DNA of 32,278 bases from Anaerolinea sp. (GCA_014879765.1 JACSRL010000420.1:1-32278); one strand, 5' to 3'; shown: positions 21,807-30,568, numbered from the stretch's first letter. Program-made: numbers and translations. Notes: generated by a model from the sequence alone, not told the origin.

Positions 21807-22265
21807 ATGACTGTCCTTGGCAGTGTCTGGTCGCTGCGCTGGTCCAACCCCTACACCACACCCCGCGATGGACTGCCACGCGTGCGCGCTGAGGTCTTCT
21901 TCCCTGTGGGACATCCCAACTACGGTTGGGGCGGATGTCCCGCTGAGCTGGCTGAGTTGCACGTCATCGGCAGTGGCTGGGTCGTCTCCTGGTGCGCCAT
22001 CGATGCGCCGATCAAACCACTGAGCCAGAAAGCGCTGGCAGCGGTGCGCCAAAAGCGGCTGGCCCGCAGGGTCAAAGCGAAGTATCCGCTGCTGGCCGAC
22101 CAGATCATCGAGGAAGAGCTGGCCAAGAAACCGGACTACTACGCCGGCGTGACCGATGCGAGGATCGAGGCTGAGCGCGCCGCCGCGATCCAGCAAAGGG
22201 ATACGTGGCTGCAAGGCTTGATGGCGACGCCCGGCGTCATCCACTGGTACGACAAGGAGGCCTGA
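21807..22265 (+). CDS. Hypothetical protein
   Basis: Track ORF trimmed to ATG 21807, which is 6 nt after the upstream stop. 152 aa. Confidence 0.6.
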   Translation: MTVLGSVWSLRWSNPYTTPRDGLPRVRAEVFFPVGHPNYGWGGCPAELAELHVIGSGWVVSWCAIDAPIKPLSQKALAAVRQKRLARRVKAKYPLLADQIIEEELAKKPDYYAGVTDARIEAERAAAIQQRDTWLQGLMATPGVIHWYDKEA

Positions 22266-22681
22266 TGGCACTGTCAATCATCGAGGACGCGCGTCTGGAA
22301 ACCATCGAGGAATACCGGCTATGCTTTTCCCTGGCTGATGCGCCAGGGTGCGGTTGGTGCTTTCTTTGCGATGCGGCTGGCAACGTGGACGAAGCAGCGC
22401 TGCACCCGGATGGACTGGACAACCTGCGCATGTGCCGCGCCGGCCAGGGAAGAAGCGGGGGCGCCATCGTCTGCGACGGCGTGGTATGCGAGCAGCGCAC
22501 CATCCGCATTCCTGTCCTCGCGCGCTGTCACTGCGGCGCGCGGCTGGAACTGGCATCGTCTTGGCTCAACACCTGCGATGCCTGCGGCCGCGACTACGAC
22601 GGCAGCGGGACTGCGCTAGCGCCACGCCACCACTGGGGCGAGGAAACCGGCGAGCACTGGGCTGAACTGGTGGCGCTGTAG
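22265..22681 (+). CDS. Cys-rich hypothetical protein
   Basis: Trimmed to ATG 22265, with AAGGAGG upstream. The ATG shares its first base with the last base of the upstream TGA. 138 aa. Confidence 0.6.
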   Translation: MALSIIEDARLETIEEYRLCFSLADAPGCGWCFLCDAAGNVDEAALHPDGLDNLRMCRAGQGRSGGAIVCDGVVCEQRTIRIPVLARCHCGARLELASSWLNTCDACGRDYDGSGTALAPRHHWGEETGEHWAELVAL

Positions 22682-22703
22682 CGCTTCAAAGACAAGGATC
22701 ACC

Positions 22704-22991
22704 ATGAAACCTCAAACCTCTACTTCTACAGGACAAGACCGGCTGCTGGACGTGATCGAAACGGTTAAAGGGCTGCGCGACGCCAGCCTGGCGATGTTGT
22801 CGGCTCAGACTGCGAAGGTGATGCAGGGTATCCTCGGGCAGCTAGTCGCGGCCAACACCGAGATCGCCGCGCAAATGGCAGAACTGATCGCCGCCAAGCC
22901 CGACCACTGCTGCTGCTGCCATCGGACTTTCCCAGCGCCATACATCTACAACGGGCTATGCGACTACTGCTACGAGGATCGTATTGCGTGA
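22704..22991 (+). CDS. Hypothetical protein with a CCCC...CDYC cluster
   Basis: 95 aa, AAGGA RBS. Confidence 0.6.
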   Translation: MKPQTSTSTGQDRLLDVIETVKGLRDASLAMLSAQTAKVMQGILGQLVAANTEIAAQMAELIAAKPDHCCCCHRTFPAPYIYNGLCDYCYEDRIA

Positions 22992-23010
22992 CTTCGAGGC
23001 GCGTTGTCGT

Positions 23011-23069
23011 GGAACCCTTGGGTTGAGCCTGCCGAAACCCTTGGGTTGAGCTTGTCGAAACCGGTTCCG
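23011..23069 (+). repeat. REP/MITE-like repeat, copy D (double unit, forward)
   Basis: ggaacccttgggttgagcctgccgaaacccttgggttgagcttgtcgaaaccggttccg. It lies in the gap before the dnaB-like gene. Confidence 0.85.
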
Positions 23070-23100
23070 AAAACTGTCCACCCTCAGAGAAGGTCCTCGA

Positions 23101-25251
23101 GTGTACGACCACATGCACCAACCGCCCACCGAACCGATGATCCCTGCCAACGTCGAGGCGGAGCAGGCTGTGTTGGGATCGATCCTCATCGACCCCGACG
23201 CGGTGGTGGAGGTCGCCGAGCTGCTGGCCGCCGACGACTTCCATCTACAGAAACATGGCTGGATCTACCAGGCCATCCTGGACCTGAACGGCAAGAACTC
23301 CAGGGCCGATTTTCTCACCGTCACCGACGAGCTGGAACGCCGCCGGCAACTGGACGAGGCGGGTGGGCCGGCCTACGTCATGGACTTGATCAACGCCGTG
23401 CCCACGGCCATCCATGCGACCCACTACGCCCGCATCGTCGAGGAGCGCGCGGTGGCTCGCCGGCTGCTGCGCGCAGCCGGCCAGATTGCCCAGTCGGTCT
23501 ACGAAGTCAAGAGCATCGACAGGCTCTGCGCCGGAGCTGTGGAGTTGGTGGAGACGGCCGTCCAGCGCAAGGGCGAACGCAGGGCCAAGACGTTGACCGC
23601 AGTACTGAACGACACCGTGGCCCAGGCCAGGGAACACGCCCGACTGCGCGCGGAAGGGCACGAGGTCTCCATCCCGTTTGGCATCCCCGAGCTGGACCGG
23701 CGCACCGGCGGCATGTGGCCTTCGGACGTCATCGTGCTGGCCGCGCCCCCGGGCGGCGGTAAGACCGCGCTGGCCCTGGGCATCGCCCACCAGGCCGCCA
23801 AGACAGGCGCACGCGGTGCGGTCTTCTCGCTCGAGATGCAGGATACCCAGGTGGGCGAGCGCATCCTGGCACCTGAGTCGGGCTACACCGCGATCCAGAT
23901 CAGGCTGGGCGACATCCAGGACTGGCAGGTGCTGGACGCCGCGCGCGCCCGCGCCAGCACCGACAATCTGCTGGTCGACGACTCGGCCAGCCTGACCATG
24001 GCCGATCTGGCGGTGCGCGTCAAGCGCCTGCACCTGCGCCACGCCATCCAGTTCGTGGTTGTGGACTACGTGCAGCTCCTGACAGCCGGCCTGCGCACCG
24101 AGAACCGCACCCAGGAGCTGGCCTACATCTCGCGCCAGCTCAAGGCGCTGGCCAAGGAACTGCACATCGCAGTGATCGTGGTGGCGCAGCTCAACCGCGA
24201 CTACGACAAACGCGCGGACAAGTGGCCCAGGATGTCCGACCTGGAAGGATCGAGCCAGTGGGAGAAGGACGCGTCGGTGATCGTCTTCATCCATCGCGAG
24301 AGCCAGTTCGTGCCCGAGGCCGACGTTAACCGAGCCACGCTGATCCTGGCCAAGGCGCGCAACGGGCAGATCGGCGAGTTTCCGGTAGGCTGGAACCCGC
24401 GCTACTCGCAATTCACGCCGGAACCGCTGATCTTCGGCGAGGCCGACCGCCGCGCGCACCGGCTGGAGCTCCTGCGCCAGTGCCAGGCGCTTCCCTACAC
24501 CTGGGCTGACTGGCAGTTACACCCGCTGGGACTGGAGCAGGTCTTGCAGCAGGGCCGCGCGCAGGTCAAGCAGTTGGAGGGCGATCCCAAACGCCTGGTG
24601 ACCCAGGTGGGACAGGCCCTGGCATCCAGCCAGCGGCTGGACGAAGCGGTGCTGCGCGAGCTGTCTGCGCTGGCCAGGAGCCGCAACGGCGCGACGCCGC
24701 CTGTGGTCACCGACTTCCTGGCCGTGGGCGCGCGGGCTGCGGTCTTGCAGCAGGCACGCGAGCAGGTGGCGCCGGCCCTGCTGCAAGGGCGCTTCGCCAT
24801 CTTCTTCGGCCCTAGCGGCCGCGGCAAGACCTTGCTAGCCCGCATTGTCCAGCGCGCGCTGATCCTGGAGGACGGCATGCCGGCCGTGTGGCTCAACTGG
24901 CGGCAGACCATGCGCGAGATCAAGGGCACCTTCAACGGCAATGGAAGGGAAGTGGACGTTTGGCAGCAGACCCACGCGCCGGTGCTGATCCTGGACGATC
25001 CCGACAAGAGCACCACTGAGTGGAGCGTGGGCTATCTGTATGACCTGCTGGACCAGCGGATGGCGCTGACCGGCGGCCGGCAGGGGCCGGTGCTGCTGGT
25101 GCTGAACCAATTGCCCGCGGAGTTTGCGCAGCAGCTAGCTCAGCACGGGCATCTGGGCGTGGCCACCGCCCAGCGCGGGTTGCAGCGCGGCCGGCCGGTG
25201 CTGGTGGACTTCAGCGCGCTGCCGGTGTGGGAGGAGCGGCCGGGGTTCTAG
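23101..25251 (+). CDS. dnaB: DnaB-family replicative helicase fused to a DnaC/IstB-like AAA+ domain
   Basis: 716 aa in one open frame. GTG 23101 follows GAGAAGG. The DnaB part has N-terminal NVEAEQAVLGSIL, Walker A APPGGGKTALAL, SRQLKALAKELHIAVIVVAQLNR and an end near NGQIGEFPVGWNPRYSQF (~aa 445). The C-terminal ~270 aa has FFGPSGRGKTLLA (Walker A) and VLILDDPDK (Walker B) in a DnaC-like arrangement. Confidence 0.8.
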   Translation: MYDHMHQPPTEPMIPANVEAEQAVLGSILIDPDAVVEVAELLAADDFHLQKHGWIYQAILDLNGKNSRADFLTVTDELERRRQLDEAGGPAYVMDLINAVPTAIHATHYARIVEERAVARRLLRAAGQIAQSVYEVKSIDRLCAGAVELVETAVQRKGERRAKTLTAVLNDTVAQAREHARLRAEGHEVSIPFGIPELDRRTGGMWPSDVIVLAAPPGGGKTALALGIAHQAAKTGARGAVFSLEMQDTQVGERILAPESGYTAIQIRLGDIQDWQVLDAARARASTDNLLVDDSASLTMADLAVRVKRLHLRHAIQFVVVDYVQLLTAGLRTENRTQELAYISRQLKALAKELHIAVIVVAQLNRDYDKRADKWPRMSDLEGSSQWEKDASVIVFIHRESQFVPEADVNRATLILAKARNGQIGEFPVGWNPRYSQFTPEPLIFGEADRRAHRLELLRQCQALPYTWADWQLHPLGLEQVLQQGRAQVKQLEGDPKRLVTQVGQALASSQRLDEAVLRELSALARSRNGATPPVVTDFLAVGARAAVLQQAREQVAPALLQGRFAIFFGPSGRGKTLLARIVQRALILEDGMPAVWLNWRQTMREIKGTFNGNGREVDVWQQTHAPVLILDDPDKSTTEWSVGYLYDLLDQRMALTGGRQGPVLLVLNQLPAEFAQQLAQHGHLGVATAQRGLQRGRPVLVDFSALPVWEERPGF

Positions 25252-25272
25252 CGGGAGCGCGGAACTGGGTTC

Positions 25273-25312
25273 CGGAACCAACGAAGAGCCTCAACAGCCA
25301 ACGATCCGGTTG
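25273..25312 (-). repeat. Possible degenerate REP-like copy F
   Basis: cggaaccaacgaagagcctcaacagccaacgatccgg keeps CGGAACC...CTCAAC...CCGG of the reverse-orientation unit. It is preceded by the small hairpin GGAAC-TGG-GTTCC (25261-25273). Weak. Confidence 0.3.
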
Positions 25313-25437
25313 AGCGGCAAGAGCAGTATCCGCTCGGATCCAACGCCCGCTACGGTGTGAGCAACAGCCTGATCCGGAGTCCCAACATGGGCATGGAGTC
25401 GGGCGCTTCTCTATGCAAGTGATGCACAACTGGCGCT

Positions 25438-25466
25438 TTGCGGCTTGGCGTTTTTGCCGTTATAAT
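25438..25466 (+). promoter_or_regulatory. Candidate sigma70-type promoter of the LuxR/MalT-like regulator
   Basis: TTGCGG (25438-25443), a 17-nt spacer, then consensus TATAAT (25461-25466), about 90 nt upstream of ATG 25559. Confidence 0.5.
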
Positions 25467-25558
25467 CCACTCGCATGCCTCTTGGACGGCGCTACAGGTG
25501 AACACTCCACGAGTTTCATCCTGTTGCCGCCGAGTGCCTCGGGCCGACAAGGAACTCC

Positions 25559-28270
25559 ATGGTCGTTGCTACTGATCGCCAGAGATTGCTATCCACCAAA
25601 CTCCACCGGCCGCGCGTGGCGACCGATCTGGTGCATCGCGAGCGTTTGAAGCAATTGCTGGACGCCGGCCTCGATCGGCCGCTGATCCTGGTGGCGGCGC
25701 CGGCTGGCTTCGGTAAGAGCACGCTGCTGAGCCACTGGCTGCAGATCAGCGACCTCCCCAATGCCTGGATTTCTCTGGACGAGTCCGACAGCGACCTCAG
25801 TGTCTTTCTGGCCTATTTCCTGGCCGCAGTGGAGTCGATCTTCCCCAACGCCCTGCTAGAGACACGATCCTTCCTGGCAGGCGTCAGCCTCCCCGCAGCC
25901 GGTGTGGTCGCGCACAGCCTGATCAATGAACTGGACAGGCTCGAACACGACTTCGTCCTGGTGCTGGACGACTACCACCTCATCCACGGTCAGGCCGTCC
26001 ATGAGCTCATAAGCCTGCTGCTGCAACACCCGCCGCGCACCATGCACCTGGTGCTTGGCGCCCGGATGGAACCGCCGCTCTCGCTGGGTGTGCTTCGAGC
26101 GCGCAACCAGATCGTCGAGATCCGGGGCCAGGATCTGCGCTTCTCGCGGGCTGAGATCGCCGCCTTCGTGCAACAGGCGGTCGGGGTAGCCCTCAGCGAT
26201 GACATGGTGGACGCGCTGGCGGATCGAACGGAGGGGTGGGCGGCCGGCCTGCGTCTCGCCACTCTCACGATCCGCCAGGGCGACGATGTGGAAGGCCAGC
26301 TGGCGGGTCTCCATGGCCAGAATCGTTACGTGCTCGATTACCTGTTGGGCGAGGTGCTGGCCCAGGTGCCCCCGGCCATGCGCAGCTTTCTGCTCAAGAC
26401 CGCCGTCCTGGATCAAGTGTGCCCGTCGCTGGGTCAAGCGGTGATGGGCGTAGACGACCCGGATTGTGATCCTCAGGCGTGTCTGGCCTGGCTGGAGCAG
26501 GCCAACATGTTTACCGTGGCGATAGGCGCGCACGGCGAGTGGTACCGGTACCATCATCTCTTCCGGGATATCCTGCGGGATCAGTTGGCCCGTGAAGCCA
26601 GCGCTGCCGATATCGCTGCGCTACACACCCGGGCCAGCGCCTGGTACGCTCGACGGGGTTCGCTGGAGGAAGCATTACACCATGCGCTGCTGGCAGGTGA
26701 TACGCCAGGGGCTGTTCGCCTGTTGGCCGAGCACCGCCAGGCGCTGATGAACTCCGAACAGTGGCAGACCCACGAACGCATTCTCCGCATGTTCCCGGCG
26801 GACGCGATCGCGCAGCACCCGGAGTTGCTGCTGATGGCAGCCGAGATCGCCACTTTGAATCGTACCAACTGGACACAGTTTCCAGATTTGCTCGACCAGG
26901 CTGCGATTCTTGTCACTCAGATGCCGGATCAGCCGCAACACGGCCTTCACTTGTGCGGGGAGATCGACGCCCTACGCAGCTTGTACGCCTTCGAGACCAA
27001 CGCTGATGCCGAGGGCGCCATCATTTTTGCCCAACGCGCGCTGGCTGCTACGCCGCGCGCGTGGTACTACGTGCGCTCCCATGCCTGGATCTATCTAGCT
27101 GCTGGGATCCAGGCAACCGGCCAGCTTGAGCGGGCTTATGCCGCGCTGGCTGAAGGCGAGCCCGAAGACACAGCCCAGAGCAGCGCTGTGTACGCACGGG
27201 TGGCGGGATCGCGCTGCTTCGTCGAGTGGATGGCAGGCGATTTGCCGGCAGTGGCGCAAGGGGCGGCCCATCTCAAGGCGGTGAGCGAGACCCATCACCG
27301 CCACGAGTCGCTGGGTTGGGCGCACTACCTGCTCAGCTGCGTCGCCTATGAGCGCAACGATCTGGCGACCGCCGAGTTTCATGCCCAAGCCCTGGAAAAG
27401 TTGCGCTACTTGGGCAGACCGGTGGCTACCTTGCAGAGCGCGTTCGTTCACGCCCTGATCCATCAGGCGCGCGGGCAGCCCGACCAGGCGCGGCAGACGC
27501 TCGATCTGGCCCACAACTTCCTGCGTGAAACCCACAGCGAAGGATTAGTTCCACTGGCGCAGGCGTTCCAGGCAGAGCTGGCTGTGCGGCAGGGCAATCC
27601 AGGCGCGGCCAGGCATTGGGCCACGGCGGTCGGGCCATTCCTGCCGCTGGGCATGATGCCTTACTTCTACGCGCCGCAATTGACCCTGCCCAAGGTCCTC
27701 CTCGCGCTGAACATGCCGGCCAGCCGCGCCCAGGCCGCCGACGCACTCTCCCGGCTGCACGCGTTCGTCACCAGCACCCACAACACCCGCTTCACCATCG
27801 AGGTGCTGACCCTGCAAGCCCTGCTCCAGGATGCGCAGGGGAAAGAGCAGGCGGCGCTGGCGACCCTGAAGCAGGCCGTGATGCTGGCTGAGCCTGGCGG
27901 CTTCGTTCGCCTGTTTGTCGACCTGGGGCCACGGCTGGCGAAGCTGTTTACCCGTTTGACCCAAACCCGCATCGCCACGAGCTATGTTGACCAAATCCTG
28001 CAAGCCTACGCCGCATCGCCACCTGCGGTCCCCCAACCTGGGCCGGTTGCATCGACCGTACAGTCGATAGAGTTGGTGGAACCTCTGACCGAACGCGAGC
28101 TGGAAGTTCTGGCGCTGCTGGCGCAGCGACTGTCCAGCAAAGAGATTGCTCAGGCGTTGGTCATCTCCCCTTTGACAGTCAAACGCCACGCTTCCAGCAT
28201 CTACGGCAAACTGCAGGTTAGTGGGCGGCGAGAGGCCGTCGCCAAGGCGACCTTGCTGGGGCTGCTGTAG
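25559..28270 (+). CDS. MalT/LuxR-family STAND ATPase transcriptional regulator
   Basis: 903 aa. P-loop VAAPAGFGKSTLL, Walker B VLVLDDYH, a long helical/TPR-like middle region, and a C-terminal LuxR HTH (LTERELEVLALLAQRLSSKEIAQALVISPLTVKRHASSIYGKL). Confidence 0.9.
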   Translation: MVVATDRQRLLSTKLHRPRVATDLVHRERLKQLLDAGLDRPLILVAAPAGFGKSTLLSHWLQISDLPNAWISLDESDSDLSVFLAYFLAAVESIFPNALLETRSFLAGVSLPAAGVVAHSLINELDRLEHDFVLVLDDYHLIHGQAVHELISLLLQHPPRTMHLVLGARMEPPLSLGVLRARNQIVEIRGQDLRFSRAEIAAFVQQAVGVALSDDMVDALADRTEGWAAGLRLATLTIRQGDDVEGQLAGLHGQNRYVLDYLLGEVLAQVPPAMRSFLLKTAVLDQVCPSLGQAVMGVDDPDCDPQACLAWLEQANMFTVAIGAHGEWYRYHHLFRDILRDQLAREASAADIAALHTRASAWYARRGSLEEALHHALLAGDTPGAVRLLAEHRQALMNSEQWQTHERILRMFPADAIAQHPELLLMAAEIATLNRTNWTQFPDLLDQAAILVTQMPDQPQHGLHLCGEIDALRSLYAFETNADAEGAIIFAQRALAATPRAWYYVRSHAWIYLAAGIQATGQLERAYAALAEGEPEDTAQSSAVYARVAGSRCFVEWMAGDLPAVAQGAAHLKAVSETHHRHESLGWAHYLLSCVAYERNDLATAEFHAQALEKLRYLGRPVATLQSAFVHALIHQARGQPDQARQTLDLAHNFLRETHSEGLVPLAQAFQAELAVRQGNPGAARHWATAVGPFLPLGMMPYFYAPQLTLPKVLLALNMPASRAQAADALSRLHAFVTSTHNTRFTIEVLTLQALLQDAQGKEQAALATLKQAVMLAEPGGFVRLFVDLGPRLAKLFTRLTQTRIATSYVDQILQAYAASPPAVPQPGPVASTVQSIELVEPLTERELEVLALLAQRLSSKEIAQALVISPLTVKRHASSIYGKLQVSGRREAVAKATLLGLL

Positions 28271-28390
28271 ATCGCAGCTTCCCTGGTACTTTTATACATC
28301 CTCGATAGTTCCTTTTGGGGCTAGTGATATCCGCAGAAAGCCGGTACGATTGGGGGGTAGACGACACCGTGCGCATTAAAGGTTGCAGCC

Positions 28391-28657
28391 ATGGACCAAA
28401 CTGGCAATCATCTCCTATTCGATCGGCCCGGACGCTACCGTATACGCGTGCAGGGTGAGCTGGACGCGAGTTGGTCTTGCCGGTTAAGCGACCTGACAGT
28501 CACCGTGAAGCGACCGGCAAGCCGCCGGCCGGTCACGACATTGACCGGCGAGGTGCGAGATCAAGCTGCGCTCATGGGAGTGTTGAGCGCGTTGTATGAT
28601 CTGGGATACCCCCTCCTCAAGGTCGAGCGCATCGGCGGCCTCGCCATCCCTGACTAG
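28391..28657 (+). CDS. Small hypothetical protein
   Basis: 88 aa. The motif LTGEVRDQAALMGVLSALYDLGYPLL recurs, in my memory, in small proteins of Chloroflexota and Actinobacteria. No function known. Confidence 0.6.
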   Translation: MDQTGNHLLFDRPGRYRIRVQGELDASWSCRLSDLTVTVKRPASRRPVTTLTGEVRDQAALMGVLSALYDLGYPLLKVERIGGLAIPD

Positions 28658-28659
28658 AG

Positions 28660-28706
28660 AGACTTCGGAAGTGACCGATTTGCACGCCCTTCCACTTCCG
28701 AAGTCT
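28660..28706 (+). terminator. Long hairpin after the 88-aa gene (candidate terminator)
   Basis: Perfect 14-bp arms AGACTTCGGAAGTG (28660-28673) and CACTTCCGAAGTCT (28693-28706) with a 19-nt loop, followed by GGTTTCTTGACTTCTC. Confidence 0.5.
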
Positions 28707-28740
28707 GGTTTCTTGACTTCTCAATGAAAGGATAGCCGGC

Positions 28741-29196
28741 ATGAAAGTCGTCATCGTGGGCGGCGTGGCCGGCGGCGCGTCTTGCGCGGCGCGCTTGCGC
28801 CGTCTGGACGAGAACGCACACATCCTGATGGTGGAGCGCGGGCCGTACGTTTCCTACGCCAACTGCGGGCTGCCCTACCACGTCGGCGTCGTCGTCGCGC
28901 GCGAGTCGAGCCTGCTGGTGGCCGATGAGCGGGTGTTCCGCGAGCAGTTCGCGATCGACCTGCGCCATCCGGCTGAGCTGGCCGTGGAGCAGGCGCCGGG
29001 CGTGGTCAACATCCCGCTGCCCCAGCTCCGCCAACGGCTGGCTGAGCTGCCGCGCGACCGCGAGATCCACGTCATCTGTCGCTCCGGCCAGCGCGCCTAT
29101 TACGCTACCCGCATCCTTTTGCAGAGCGGGTTCAAGGCGCGCACCGTCGCCAGAGGGATGCTGTCGCGTACGAACCTCGTAGGCAGTCCGAACTAA
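28741..29196 (+). pseudogene. Collapsed CoA-disulfide reductase/NADH-oxidase-rhodanese gene (large in-frame internal deletion)
   Basis: The N-terminal ~75 aa (MKVVIVGGVAGGASCAARLRRLDENAHILMVERGPYVSYANCGLPYH...) is the FAD-binding start of CoADR-RHD proteins. It joins directly to a rhodanese C-terminus (NIPLPQLRQRLAELPRDREIHVICRSGQRAYYATRILLQSGF). The ORF is 151 aa, whereas I recall intact family members being several hundred residues long. Confidence 0.6.
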
Positions 29197-29404
29197 ACGG
29201 AGGTGAGAACTGACCCAGTATCGTCACAACCGGATCATCCAAGCGGCCAGACTTTGCTAGAACCAACCCGTCATCACCGCCGGCCCGATGACGAGCAGCC
29301 GAATGGGCGAACCAACGCAACAATGGCTAGGAAACCAAGACGAAGAGCAGCGATCGACCGTCTGCTCACCGGAAGCATCGAGAATCTCAAGAAAGGAACA
29401 AGCT

Positions 29405-30568
29405 ATGTCCACAGAAAGAGTCTCCACCAAGGTACCATTGAACTGGAAAGAGGTGTGGTTCACCAACTGCCCGATGGTATCCGCCAACAACGTCGACCAG
29501 GAGCTGGGCTGGTGCCGTGAGGAGTTCAAGAAGATTGGCGTCGAGTACGCCTACTTCCGCCATGCACCCGAGAACAACTGGTATCCGCACTATGTCCACA
29601 ACCTCGACAACCTGATCCGCTTCGGCGGCCTTTATCCCCCCATCCACGTTCACGCCGACATCCGCCGCACCCGGCTGCTGGGGGCAACCTGGGTCTACGA
29701 AGGCGGCTGTATGGCGGTGCGCGCCAGTGACAAGATTTTCCGGATGAAGGATCTGAAGGGCAAGAAGATCGGCATCTCGAAGAGCCTGAACACCATCAAG
29801 AACGACTGGTGGCGCATCCAGGAACACATGGGCATCGAGAACATGCTGATGCTGAACGACATGACCATGGACGACATCGAGCTCGTGGAGTTTCCGTACC
29901 CTGATGACTGGTATGACAAGCCCGAGATGCTGGTTCCGCCGATGAACAATCCGTCGGAGCTGTGGATGCGCCGCGACCACAAGCACGACCTGGCCTTTCG
30001 CCCGTTGGAGAATGCACTGTTGGGTGGCGCCGTTGATGCTATCTATACCCAAAGCAAGGTTTTCCAGCACTTGCAGGAGGCGACAGGCCAAATCGCGATG
30101 ATCGAGGACCTGAGCCGCTATCCGGACTGGAGGGTGCAGGTTGCCAACACCCCCGCCGTCATCACCTGCACCGATGTGATGGCGGAGGAGCACCCCGAAC
30201 TCGTTGTCGCGTATATGAAGGCCATGATCAAGGTCGGGCGCTGGGCCAACGAGCACAAGCGCGCCGCCGGAGCGATCCTCAACCGCCAGACCTTCTACCT
30301 GGATGCAGAGGATACCTACCAGGGCATCAAGCACGTTGACATGGTGCCGAGCCTGAGCGCCCAGAACCTGCAATGCATCAAGATCGGCAAGGACTTCATG
30401 TTCAGCCACGGCTACATCAAGAACGACTTCGATGTGGATGCGTGGGCGGCGCCGGAATTCCTGGAGCAGGCGGCCGAGGAAGTGCTGAAGGAGGAATGGC
30501 AGCGCCGGAGCTGGAGCAAGCTTCCTTCGGGAGGCGGGCTTGAGGTGGAAGGCACCCGGCTCGGGTAG
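29405..30568 (+). CDS. DszB-like protein (2'-hydroxybiphenyl-2-sulfinate desulfinase family / NMT1-SsuA-like fold)
   Basis: Trimmed to ATG 29405, with GAAAGGAA upstream. 387 aa. Blocks matching my memory of Rhodococcus DszB: WFTNCPMVSA (TYSNCPVPNA, catalytic Cys), IRFGGLYPPI (TRFGGEIPPL), RRTRLLG, C-terminal DAWAAPEFL (DQWAAPEFL). Confidence 0.6.
   Translation: MSTERVSTKVPLNWKEVWFTNCPMVSANNVDQELGWCREEFKKIGVEYAYFRHAPENNWYPHYVHNLDNLIRFGGLYPPIHVHADIRRTRLLGATWVYEGGCMAVRASDKIFRMKDLKGKKIGISKSLNTIKNDWWRIQEHMGIENMLMLNDMTMDDIELVEFPYPDDWYDKPEMLVPPMNNPSELWMRRDHKHDLAFRPLENALLGGAVDAIYTQSKVFQHLQEATGQIAMIEDLSRYPDWRVQVANTPAVITCTDVMAEEHPELVVAYMKAMIKVGRWANEHKRAAGAILNRQTFYLDAEDTYQGIKHVDMVPSLSAQNLQCIKIGKDFMFSHGYIKNDFDVDAWAAPEFLEQAAEEVLKEEWQRRSWSKLPSGGGLEVEGTRLG

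Noticed and set aside
25252-25558. Small ORFs (25211-25429, 25350-25550, 25413-25649) in the gap between the dnaB-like gene and the LuxR-type regulator.
   Set aside because: They have no RBS, mutually overlapping frames and unconvincing translations. The region is better explained as the element/host junction plus the regulator's promoter.
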